NCBI GenBank assembly: GCA_965226585.1
Contig: OZ245366.1
Location: 1,056,001-1,120,000, forward strand
Reading direction: 5' to 3'
Source: Thermodesulfobacteriota bacterium
Lineage (GTDB): Bacteria > Desulfobacterota_D > UBA1144 > Nemesobacterales > Mycalebacteriaceae
Length of the DNA: 64,000 bases
The translations under genes and the position numbers were made by a program. A model generated the notes under the pieces. That model was not told the DNA's origin. It saw nothing but the letters and a program-made list of their open reading frames with translations, and did no database searches. This document shows positions 22,432 through 31,575 of the stretch, one piece after another (positions within the stretch are counted from its first letter, which is position 1; the number at the start of each line of letters is the position of its first letter).

Positions 22432-25023
22432 TTGCCGCCAAAGAAGGGAAAAAAACGCAAAATAGACTCTTACTCTCACGATGGAGAGGAAAGAGCGAAC
22501 AACCCGCAAGTTGGTTTGGTTGACCCTAAAACCGACCCGGACACGGGGGCAAAGCAAACCTACGAATACGACCCTCATTTAGACCCGCAACTCCAATGGG
22601 CGGGAAAGGCGGAACGCACTTCGTTTGAAGTGCCAACCCAGTCGCTACATGTTCACGAACGCATAGACCCGCAAACGATTATAGAGGCGGTGAGAAAGCG
22701 CAACGGTAACGAGGGTCAAAAGAGTTTGTTTGAAGGCGACCGCAAGGTTCCGCTTCGGCAGGCGATTGAGTTCTACAAGCACTCCAATAACTGGAGCAAC
22801 CGCCTTATTGCGGGCGATTCGCTTCTTGTGATGAATTCTCTGATTCAAAAAGAGAATATGGCGGGCAAGGTTCAGTGCGTTTATATGGATCCGCCGTATG
22901 GGATTAAATACGGCTCCAATTTTCAGCCGTTTGTTGATCAGCGCGAAGCAACAGATGGTAAAGCTGAGGATTTAACCAGCGAACCAGAAATGGTAAAGGC
23001 GTTCCGAGATACTTGGGAATTAGGGATTCATTCGTATTTGTCCTATATGCGAGACCGTCTTTTACTGGCAAGAGAATTGCTGACAGAAAGCGGCTCCTGC
23101 TTTGTGCAGATTGGCGATGAAAATGTGCACCGAGTCGGACTGGTACTTGATGATATTTTTGGTGCAGAAAATCGGGTGGCGACTATACCTTATGCACAAT
23201 CTGGTACCAGTGCATCCAAGACCTTACCTTCGGTAGCTAATTACCTGCTTTGGTATGCCAAAGATAAGCTAAAGTTAAAATATCGGCAGATTTATGAATC
23301 ATTAACGCGTGCTGAGATTGTTGAGCTTTTTAGTTCTTACGCTGCTATTGAATTAGCTGATGGTAGCTGTCGCAAACTTACAGAAGAAGAGCGTTTGGAG
23401 CCAAATAAACATTTGCCCAAAGATTCCCGTCTTTATCAGCGTATAAATATACAATCCCAAGGTTGGTCAAAGACGGGTCGTTCTGAACCCTATGAATGGC
23501 GAGGTCGCCAGTACGTGTGCTTATCTACAAGGCATTGGTCTGTTTCAAAGGAAGGTATGGACCGTTTGGCAGAAAAAGGCAGATTAGATGCAGTAGATTC
23601 TGAAGGTGCCCAGTTAGGATTGAAACGATACGAGGAGGAGACCCCTGGACGTCCTATCAATAATGTGTGGGCACAAAAGATGTCAGCTTACAACAAACGC
23701 TATATCGTTCAAACAGCCGACAGCGTACTGCAACGTTGTATTTTAATGACTACAGACCCTGGCGATTTAGTTTTTGATCCGACTTGCGGAAGCGGTGTAG
23801 CCGCATACACAGCTGAAAAATGGGGCAGACGTTGGATTACTTGCGACACTTCGCGTATTGCCACTACCATTGCTAAACAACGTTTAATGACTGCCGTATT
23901 TGACCATTATAAATTGGCTTGCCCAGAAGAGGGCGTAGGAAGCGGCTTTGAATATAAAAAAGTGCCTTATGTTTCAGCAGCAACTTTGGCTTATGATGAA
24001 CCACCATCATTCACTACCTTGTACGACCAACCCCTTAAAAATACTAAACTCGCCCGTGTTACCGGACCTTTTACTATGGAAGCCGTGCCATCTCCAACCG
24101 TGCAACCAATTGACAATATAGAAACACCGGCGACCCCTGCGGATGAAACTGTAACTCGTTCCGGCGAAACCCTGAGGCAAAGCGAATGGCGCGATGAACT
24201 CTTAAAAACCGGAATCCGGGGCAAAAGCGGACAAAGGATTTCATTTTCCCGTGTTGAACCATTGCCCTGCCATTGGCTTCACGCAGACGCAGAGACAAAA
24301 CCGGATGAATCAGGCACAAACAATGTAAGAGAAGCGGCAACGGCGTATAACCCCCGCCGTGTTGTAATTTCATTTGGACCCGAACACGCGCCGCTTGAAC
24401 AACGGCAGGTTGAAAATGCTTTGCAGGAAGCGCAAAAATTGGTTCCAAAACCAGACATTGTTGTTTTTGCCGCCTTTCAGTTTGACCCCGAAGCCGCAAA
24501 AGACATAGACGAAACTGTTTGGGGCGACACGGCAATAGTAAAGGTGTATATGAACGCCGACATGCAAACCGGGGATTTGAAAAAGAAACGCGCAAGCAGT
24601 GAAAGTTTCTGGCTTATAGGACAACCCGAAATCACGATTGAGCGAATACACAGCGGGCCCGACAGCGGAAAATGGGAAGTTGAAGTCAAAGGGTTTGATT
24701 ACTTCAACACAAAAACGGGCGAACTTGAATCCGGCGATGAGAAGAAAATCGCCGTATGGATGCTGGACACGGATTATGACGGCAGAAGTTTATATCCGAG
24801 TCAGGTGTTCTTCCCGATTGAAGACGACAAAGGCGGCTGGGCAAAACTCGCGAAAAACCTAAAAGCGGAGATTGACGAAGATATGATTGAGGCATACAGA
24901 GGAACGTTGTCTTTGCCTTTTGAACTTGGCAAAAACAGCAGAATTGCTGTTAAGATAGTGGATGATAGAGGGATTGAAAGTTTGAAAGTTGTTGAGATTC
25001 AACATGTTGGAGGTAACAAATGA
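22432..25023 (+). CDS. Type III restriction-modification methyltransferase (Mod)
   Basis: NRLIAGDSL, catalytic DPPY, FDPTCGSG SAM-binding motif (beta-class order), long C-terminal extension ending AVKIVDDRG; paired with a Res gene. Confidence 0.9.
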   Translation: MPPKKGKKRKIDSYSHDGEERANNPQVGLVDPKTDPDTGAKQTYEYDPHLDPQLQWAGKAERTSFEVPTQSLHVHERIDPQTIIEAVRKRNGNEGQKSLFEGDRKVPLRQAIEFYKHSNNWSNRLIAGDSLLVMNSLIQKENMAGKVQCVYMDPPYGIKYGSNFQPFVDQREATDGKAEDLTSEPEMVKAFRDTWELGIHSYLSYMRDRLLLARELLTESGSCFVQIGDENVHRVGLVLDDIFGAENRVATIPYAQSGTSASKTLPSVANYLLWYAKDKLKLKYRQIYESLTRAEIVELFSSYAAIELADGSCRKLTEEERLEPNKHLPKDSRLYQRINIQSQGWSKTGRSEPYEWRGRQYVCLSTRHWSVSKEGMDRLAEKGRLDAVDSEGAQLGLKRYEEETPGRPINNVWAQKMSAYNKRYIVQTADSVLQRCILMTTDPGDLVFDPTCGSGVAAYTAEKWGRRWITCDTSRIATTIAKQRLMTAVFDHYKLACPEEGVGSGFEYKKVPYVSAATLAYDEPPSFTTLYDQPLKNTKLARVTGPFTMEAVPSPTVQPIDNIETPATPADETVTRSGETLRQSEWRDELLKTGIRGKSGQRISFSRVEPLPCHWLHADAETKPDESGTNNVREAATAYNPRRVVISFGPEHAPLEQRQVENALQEAQKLVPKPDIVVFAAFQFDPEAAKDIDETVWGDTAIVKVYMNADMQTGDLKKKRASSESFWLIGQPEITIERIHSGPDSGKWEVEVKGFDYFNTKTGELESGDEKKIAVWMLDTDYDGRSLYPSQVFFPIEDDKGGWAKLAKNLKAEIDEDMIEAYRGTLSLPFELGKNSRIAVKIVDDRGIESLKVVEIQHVGGNK

Positions 25024-25907
25024 GTGAAAAAATGAAGATATATCCTTATGAAGTGAATGGGCAGATGTCCCTAGTCTCGACAATCGATAAAATTAATTCG
25101 CTCTCGTTGGTAGATAGGTTGCAGCGTGTATCCAACTACGACATGAAACTAGAAACAATTCATGTCCCTACAAAATCCAATAGTGGTATATTTTTCATGG
25201 ATTTTTGCAAACATCGGGATTCTGGTCCGGGACGAGCCAAAAAAAATGCCTTAACTACGGGATTTAATCTCGCTTCAGACGAGGCATTTGGCGAGATGAC
25301 ATGTGTGCTATATGACCCGCAAACGCACTTTATTGTTTCGCAGTACAATCACTATGGACCCCGACCCGGTGCCATAGAAGAATACTTGTCACTATTTTTT
25401 GATAACGAGGAAAAGTGCATCTTTGATTCGGTGATTAAAAAAGATGTGTCAGCCGCAATAGATGAAAAGCAGTATAACAGTTCCCTCTCTTTTGGAATTT
25501 CTCTCTCGCACCTAACAAAAGAACATACAAAAAGATTAGGGATTGGCGAATCGCTAGACAATCTCGCAAAAGGAGAAAATGTTGCTACTGTCGAGATTGT
25601 GATAAAAAAACAACGTGGAACATTTGGAAAAATGACGAAACAGGAATCTTTTTTACACGACCTTCTCTCTATGATTAGGAGGGACGAGAGCCCTGTCACA
25701 ATGGCAAAAGTTAATGGGGCGATGACTCCTGAAGACAAGCCTGAAATTCTGGATTTAGTAAACGCCAGAGTTGTTGATGAGCGGTCAGGTCTTGTCAGAG
25801 ACCCTAAAACGCAAATGTATTCTTTTGAAAGCAGATGTAAATTACTCACTGAATCTTTTAACGCTTGGAAGAAAGCGGGAATTATCACCGCCAGTAGGCT
25901 ACGATGA
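25020..25907 (+). CDS. Uncharacterised soluble protein (DUF6731/DUF4747-like from recall)
   Basis: 295 aa AT-rich ORF, ATGA-coupled to mod; motif LYDP....IVSQYNHYG; family assignment tentative. Confidence 0.6.
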   Translation: MSEKMKIYPYEVNGQMSLVSTIDKINSLSLVDRLQRVSNYDMKLETIHVPTKSNSGIFFMDFCKHRDSGPGRAKKNALTTGFNLASDEAFGEMTCVLYDPQTHFIVSQYNHYGPRPGAIEEYLSLFFDNEEKCIFDSVIKKDVSAAIDEKQYNSSLSFGISLSHLTKEHTKRLGIGESLDNLAKGENVATVEIVIKKQRGTFGKMTKQESFLHDLLSMIRRDESPVTMAKVNGAMTPEDKPEILDLVNARVVDERSGLVRDPKTQMYSFESRCKLLTESFNAWKKAGIITASRLR

Positions 25908-26344
25908 TTTCCAGGGCACAAATTAGAACTCAGTGGGAACGCCGAATGCCAAGTTTATTTTTTCTTGTAGGGGCAATTATCGGGTGTTTTGTTTCGATTC
26001 CGGAAGAGAAGTTATTTTTGAGCACTATCGCGACAATCGGTGTGTTGCTGTCATCGTTGGGCGGAGTGTGTATAACTAATTTCTTATCCTTGGAAACAGA
26101 AGTGGCAAAAATCCTTCAAGAAAACGGGGGTTACGCAGTATTGATGAATTATGGAAAAATTTCCGTCTTGCTTTCGTTGTTTTTGTCCCTGTTTGCATTG
26201 GGCGGATTTTTGGTGCCAAACGAATCCAAATGGATTTATGAAATATTCCTTTTCGGGTCATTATTATCGGCATGTGCAAGTTTTTACCGAATTTTTTGGC
26301 TGTTGACCAAAATTGGAGGATTCGAAAACACTTCGGATGGCTAA
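25904..26344 (+). CDS. Small membrane protein with about 4 TM helices
   Basis: Four hydrophobic segments; ATGA-coupled to the previous ORF and overlapping the res start. Confidence 0.7.
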   Translation: MISRAQIRTQWERRMPSLFFLVGAIIGCFVSIPEEKLFLSTIATIGVLLSSLGGVCITNFLSLETEVAKILQENGGYAVLMNYGKISVLLSLFLSLFALGGFLVPNESKWIYEIFLFGSLLSACASFYRIFWLLTKIGGFENTSDG

Positions 26345-29111
26345 TCCAAACTCCCTAATAATCAACTCCCCCTACTCCGTTCCTTCCTCCTACTGGGAGT
26401 TTGTTGAAGAAGGCGCACCGCTTAAACGGGTGAAAGGTCGCCGCGAAGCGGGGTATATGGTCGCTGACACTAGGGCAAGACCCCATCAGGACAAAGGTAT
26501 TTTCGTCTCTCTGCCTATGGTCAACCAAATCCGTCAGCGTGTTGGCGACTGGAGTGAAGCGGGCTATCCGGGGATTACCGGCATTACAAAAACACTTCTT
26601 GAACATTGGAAAGACAACGAACAAAGAAACTTCCCTTTTTTCTTCTGCCAAATTGAGGCAATTGAAACGCTGATATGGCTTATTGAAACACACGAATCTG
26701 AACAAGCGGGAATTGATATTCCGAAAGACGGTTCACTTGACCGCTTATGCTCCAAACTTGCCACAGGCACGGGCAAAACAGTTGTTATGGCAATGCTGAT
26801 TGCGTGGCAGGCAATAAACCGCGCAACCTACCCTCAAGACGGGCGGTTTTCGCACAATGTTTTTATTGTCGCCCCAAACTTGACCGTAAAAGAACGCCTT
26901 TCCGTTCTGGAACCTTCAAACAAGCACAACTACTACGATGAGTTCGGCATCGTGCCGCTTTCTCTGCGTGAAAAACTGAGACAGGCAAATGTCCACATAA
27001 GAAACTGGCATGCCTTGAACTGGGAAAGCGAAGAAAAAATCCAAAAGAAAAAAGGCGTGGACAAACGCGGAGCAAAAAGCGATGAGGCATATACCCGCGA
27101 GGTTCTCGGTGATATGGCAAACGCCGGAAACCTGATTGTTATTAACGATGAAGCCCACCATGCATGGCGCGTTTCGGCGCAGTCAGATGTCAAAGGCATT
27201 AAAAAAGAGGAAATTGACGAAGCCACAAAGTGGATTGGCGGTCTTGACCGCATAAACAAAACTCGCGGAATTCTGAAATGCTTTGACTTCTCCGCCACTC
27301 CCTTCAAGCCAAGCGGAAAGAAAACGCCCGAAGAATCCCTTTTCGGCTGGATTGTCAGCGATTTTGGACTCAGCGATGCCATTGAATCGGGGATTGTTAA
27401 AACACCACGTGTTGTTGTGCGCGATGACGCGCTCCCGGACGCGCAAACCTATAAGCCCCGTCTGTATCACCTCTACAATGACAAAGAGGTTAAAGACGAC
27501 TTGAACAGAAAAGCAGAGCCGCATGAGCCGCTTCCCGACCTTCTAATAAACGCATACGCCCTTCTCGGTTCCGACTGGCTGGAAACAAAAGAAAAGTGGG
27601 AAGAACGTGAGGAAATGAAAACACCGCCCGTGATGATTACAGTCACAAACCGCACGGAAACGGCGGCAAGAATTAAACACGCTTTTGACAATAACGACAT
27701 ACCCGTTGATTTACTGAATGACCCTGAGGGAATTCTGCATATAGATTCTGCGGTGCTGAAAAAAGCGGAAGAAAAAGAGCCGGAAACGGAGAAACAAGAC
27801 AAAAACGCCGAAGATGAAACTGAAAGGAAACTGACAAAGAAAGAACAGGCGGAACTTCTGCGCGAAAAAGTCAACACTGTTGGACAGGAAGGGAAATCAG
27901 GGGAACAGGTGCGAAACGTTATTTCGGTGGGAATGCTGTCCGAAGGCTGGGACGCAAGAACGGTTACGCAAATTATGGGATTGCGGGCTTTCTCAAGCCA
28001 GTTACTGTGCGAGCAGGTCATAGGGCGCGGACTGCGGCGCGCTGTTTATGAAATCAACGAAGAAACGGGGCGTTTTGAACCCGAATACGTCAATGTTTTC
28101 GGCGTTCCATTCAGTTTCCTGCCTCATGAAGACGACACAACGGGAGACCCTCTTCCCGCCACACCTAAAATTACAATTCAACCTGTGGATGAAAAACGGA
28201 CATTTGAAATTTCCTGGCCCAACGTCATCAGGATTGACAGAACCTACAAACCGGAACTTTCAATTGACTGGGCAAAGGTCAAAACACTGGAACTTGATAC
28301 ATCACAAACCATTGAAATAGCGGAAATTGCTCCCACGGTAAATAACAATCCCGATGTTTCCAAAATCAAAGACATTGACCTTGAAAAATTGATGAAAAGA
28401 CTCCGCAAGCAAACCCAGATATTCAAGGCGGCTCAAACTGTCTGGAAAGATATGAAACCGGAATGGCAGGCATCGGAACCTGAACTTATGGCGGAACTTG
28501 TGCGACTCGCCGAACAGTTTGTGGATTCAGACCACATAAAAATAACACCCGCCCTATTCAATCAGGATAAAAAGAAAAAACACCTTGTGATTGCACTCAA
28601 CATGACAAAAGTTATTCGCCACTTCTGGGATTTAATAAAGTTCAACAACACGGAAAAAACCTCTCTCGTTCTTGACGACAACTACCCCATTCGCTCAACC
28701 GGCGACATGATCCCCTGGCGAACAGGAAAACCATACAGCCCCGCAAGGAGAAGCCATATCAACTACTGCGTTCACGACAGCACCTGGGAAAGCAATGAGG
28801 CGTTTGAGTTTGATAAAAACAAGGCGGTTGAGGCGTGGGTAAAGAATGACCATTTGGGTTTTGACATACTTTACGTTTACAAAGGTGTGGTCAAAAAATA
28901 CCGCCCCGACTTTCTCATACGCTTGAAATCAGGGGAGATACTTGTTCTGGAGACAAAAGGACAGCAAACCGAACAAGACAACGCAAAGCACGACCGAATG
29001 CGTGAATGGGTTAAAGCCGCCACCGAAGACGGCGGGTTTGGGAAATGGAAATTCGCGGTTTCAACAAAACCGTCAGATATAAAAGACATTCTGGCAAAAG
29101 AAAGTAAATAA
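26337..29111 (+). CDS. Type III restriction endonuclease Res subunit (DEAH helicase + PD-(D/E)xK nuclease)
   Basis: FFCQIEAIET, KLATGTGKT, NDEAHH, FSATP, MLSEGWD, QVIGRGLRR, YRPDF..LETKG. Confidence 0.92.
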   Translation: MANPNSLIINSPYSVPSSYWEFVEEGAPLKRVKGRREAGYMVADTRARPHQDKGIFVSLPMVNQIRQRVGDWSEAGYPGITGITKTLLEHWKDNEQRNFPFFFCQIEAIETLIWLIETHESEQAGIDIPKDGSLDRLCSKLATGTGKTVVMAMLIAWQAINRATYPQDGRFSHNVFIVAPNLTVKERLSVLEPSNKHNYYDEFGIVPLSLREKLRQANVHIRNWHALNWESEEKIQKKKGVDKRGAKSDEAYTREVLGDMANAGNLIVINDEAHHAWRVSAQSDVKGIKKEEIDEATKWIGGLDRINKTRGILKCFDFSATPFKPSGKKTPEESLFGWIVSDFGLSDAIESGIVKTPRVVVRDDALPDAQTYKPRLYHLYNDKEVKDDLNRKAEPHEPLPDLLINAYALLGSDWLETKEKWEEREEMKTPPVMITVTNRTETAARIKHAFDNNDIPVDLLNDPEGILHIDSAVLKKAEEKEPETEKQDKNAEDETERKLTKKEQAELLREKVNTVGQEGKSGEQVRNVISVGMLSEGWDARTVTQIMGLRAFSSQLLCEQVIGRGLRRAVYEINEETGRFEPEYVNVFGVPFSFLPHEDDTTGDPLPATPKITIQPVDEKRTFEISWPNVIRIDRTYKPELSIDWAKVKTLELDTSQTIEIAEIAPTVNNNPDVSKIKDIDLEKLMKRLRKQTQIFKAAQTVWKDMKPEWQASEPELMAELVRLAEQFVDSDHIKITPALFNQDKKKKHLVIALNMTKVIRHFWDLIKFNNTEKTSLVLDDNYPIRSTGDMIPWRTGKPYSPARRSHINYCVHDSTWESNEAFEFDKNKAVEAWVKNDHLGFDILYVYKGVVKKYRPDFLIRLKSGEILVLETKGQQTEQDNAKHDRMREWVKAATEDGGFGKWKFAVSTKPSDIKDILAKESK

Positions 29112-29112
29112 A

Positions 29113-30000
29113 CTAACCCTCACCCCTTCCAAAAAACCCTTTCAACTCCTCAATCGTTCCCTCCGGTTCCTCTTCCGGAATAAAATGCCCGCATGGCATC
29201 GCCCTGCCCGTTACGGCTCCGGTGGTGTAACGCTTCCACACCTCCAAAGGACGGAACTTGCGCCCCACAAAGCCCCTCTCGCCCCATAAAACATGCAAAG
29301 GAATATCAACCGGCTTGTCCCTGTCGGCTCTGTCATGCTCCAAATCAATCGTGGCAGACGCCCTGTAATCCTCGCACGAAGCCCTTACGCGCTCAGGGTC
29401 GCGGAAAAAGTTTAAATACTCATCCCTCATCGCGCCAAAATCATGTCCGCCAGACCAGTTCTGTAGGCACAAATCCAGCCACGCCCCCGGATTCGCCTCT
29501 ATCATCCGCTCAGGAACCCCCGGCGGCTGGGTGAGAAAAAACCAGTGAAAATACACGGTCGCAAACTCCATGTCTGCCGCCTCATACATATCAAGAGTCG
29601 GGCAGATGTCCAGCAGGGCAAGGGCGGAAACACGGTCGCGGAAATCCCTCGCTAGGCGGTGGGCAACACGCCCTCCCCTGTCATGCCCCGCGACAAAAAA
29701 CTTCCCGAAACCCAACTCATCCATCAAAGCCGCAATATCTGCCGCCATCACACGTTTGGAATATGAACCATGCCCCGGCTCGGAAGGCGGAGCCATGCTT
29801 TCGCCATATCCCCTGAGGTCCGGAACAATTACCGTGAAAATTTCCGCCAGCGCGGGAGCGGTTTTGTGCCACATCAAACCGGTCTGGGGATAACCGTGCA
29901 AAAGCAAGAGAGGACTCCCCCGCCCCGAAATACGGCAGAAAATCCCGCCGCCGGGAACCTCAACCTTCCGTTCGCTGAAACCCTCAAAACTCAAAAACAT
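29113..30000 (-). CDS. Fluoroacetate/haloacetate dehalogenase-type alpha/beta hydrolase
   Basis: LLHGYPQT, GHDRGGR nucleophile, LLDI, YFHWFF, CEDYRA, GHFIPEE. Confidence 0.88.
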   Translation of the reverse strand: MFLSFEGFSERKVEVPGGGIFCRISGRGSPLLLLHGYPQTGLMWHKTAPALAEIFTVIVPDLRGYGESMAPPSEPGHGSYSKRVMAADIAALMDELGFGKFFVAGHDRGGRVAHRLARDFRDRVSALALLDICPTLDMYEAADMEFATVYFHWFFLTQPPGVPERMIEANPGAWLDLCLQNWSGGHDFGAMRDEYLNFFRDPERVRASCEDYRASATIDLEHDRADRDKPVDIPLHVLWGERGFVGRKFRPLEVWKRYTTGAVTGRAMPCGHFIPEEEPEGTIEELKGFFGRGEG

Positions 30001-30074
30001 CCACCTCTAATACACCGTGCAGTTTCTGACTTGACCCTCAAAGTAACACCCTAAAGAAGTAGTTTCAGCTTGGA

Positions 30075-30719
30075 CTAGCCCACAAAAATATCATTTGAAA
30101 ACCAGTCGGGATGAAGATGGAAAAAATAATCCACCTTTTTTGCCAATTCACGACCAAGCAAAGGAGATGCGGCAAAAACCTTCTTGTTCATCTCCATGAC
30201 GGTTTGCACAGCGGGAACAAAATCCCCATCTGCGGAGATGAGATAAGCATCATCAAACTCATCCTTCATTGCCTTTACCACCATATCAACCGCTATGTTC
30301 ACATCCACCCTTTTCTCCGTATATGTATAAGTAGTTTGTGATATGAGATCTTTTAGACTGTTAACAACGAAACTATTCTTTATCAAAGGAGAATAAGAAT
30401 CAAGAAACTTTGCAAGTTCTCTTTGGATGGGGTTTTTCTCGGGGGCAACAGGTTTTCTCTCCACACGCCCCAAGACGATATTTATGCCTTGCTTCTCAAT
30501 AACACTCAAGAACTTTTGCTGCATTCTTGAACGTTTTAAATCTCCCGATACTTTGCCCACATAGTAGAGAATCTCAACAATGTTGCTCCCCCTCTTTCGG
30601 GAAAGTTTTTTGGCAATCTTCTTATAGTCTACGCTGGAAATATTCACACCGGCAGACTTAGCGGTGTGATACCAGTTGTTGCCATCTATAAAAAAGGTTG
30701 CTCTGTTCGCGGGAACCAT
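30075..30719 (-). CDS. NYN (LabA/DUF88, PIN-like) domain RNase
   Basis: FIDGNNWY, YY, EKRVDVNIAVDM, LISADGDFVP, KKV. Confidence 0.92.
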   Translation of the reverse strand: MVPANRATFFIDGNNWYHTAKSAGVNISSVDYKKIAKKLSRKRGSNIVEILYYVGKVSGDLKRSRMQQKFLSVIEKQGINIVLGRVERKPVAPEKNPIQRELAKFLDSYSPLIKNSFVVNSLKDLISQTTYTYTEKRVDVNIAVDMVVKAMKDEFDDAYLISADGDFVPAVQTVMEMNKKVFAASPLLGRELAKKVDYFFHLHPDWFSNDIFVG

Positions 30720-30722
30720 AAT

Positions 30723-30803
30723 AAAAACCCCCGGGGAGCCCGAAGGCATTATCCCGAGGGGGATTAGCAATCATTATTTACATTTAATTGCTTTTTTTGT
30801 CAA
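30723..30803 (-). promoter_or_regulatory. Putative promoter plus structured 5' RNA / terminator-like hairpin upstream of NYN gene
   Basis: TTGACA at 30803-30798, then CCCCCTCGGGA-TAAT-GCC-TTCG-GGC-TCCCCGGGGG-TTTTT ending 3 nt before the ATG. Confidence 0.6.
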
Positions 30804-30814
30804 CACAATTACAT

Positions 30815-31426
30815 TCAACCTTCAAGCTCAACATTCCAGTACGAAACGTCAACAAAGTTCACAAACGGCTCCCACTCCTTGTAACGCACGGCGCGGGCGT
30901 ACATGTCTGCAAAAGGTCCCCACTGCGGCTCTCCGGGCGTTGTGAGAAGTTTCATTCTCGCCTGCTCCGGCGTTCTTCCGCCCTTTCTGCGGTTGCAAAC
31001 CCCGCACGAACACACAACGTTGTCCCACCTGCTTGTGCCGCCAAGAGAACGCGGAACCACATGGTCTATCGTAAGGTCGCTTTTCGGAAACTCATGCCCG
31101 CAATATTGACACTTTCCGCCGTCCCTACGGAATATGTTCAAACGGTTGAACTTGGGACGCTTTCTGTGAAAACCGCCGTAACGGAGCAAAAGAATAACTC
31201 TGGGCGCCTTGATGATCTTGTCCACCGTCTTCACGCAGTCGCTGTTTTCCGTCTGCAAAGAAGCGGACGAAACCTGCTCCCAACTCTCAAAATCAAAGGT
31301 TTCATAGGTCTCCGCCACAGCCTTCGCGTCGCCGCAGTAGAGCATCACGAACGCCCGCCGCAAACTTGTTACAGAAACGGGCAGATAATTCTTATTCAAA
31401 ACAAGAACCGGTGAACTCAGCATCAC
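30815..31426 (-). CDS. HNH endonuclease family protein
   Basis: VLVLN N-terminus, RDGGKCQYCG, TIDHVVP, WDNVV.SC..CN.RK. Confidence 0.92.
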   Translation of the reverse strand: MMLSSPVLVLNKNYLPVSVTSLRRAFVMLYCGDAKAVAETYETFDFESWEQVSSASLQTENSDCVKTVDKIIKAPRVILLLRYGGFHRKRPKFNRLNIFRRDGGKCQYCGHEFPKSDLTIDHVVPRSLGGTSRWDNVVCSCGVCNRRKGGRTPEQARMKLLTTPGEPQWGPFADMYARAVRYKEWEPFVNFVDVSYWNVELEG

Positions 31427-31575
31427 TGGAAGGGAAGTTTACAGTCAGGGGGGCGCGATTACAAAAGAAAACCCCGCTTGAAACGGCGGGCGCGCAAATA
31501 TACAATCGCCTAAGCAATGTCTCTCACAAACGCTTTTGTCATAAACGCCCCGCTCAAGGAAAAACACCCCGTCTG

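Noticed and set aside
30788..31414. 208-aa + strand ORF
   Set aside because: Antisense to the well-supported HNH gene
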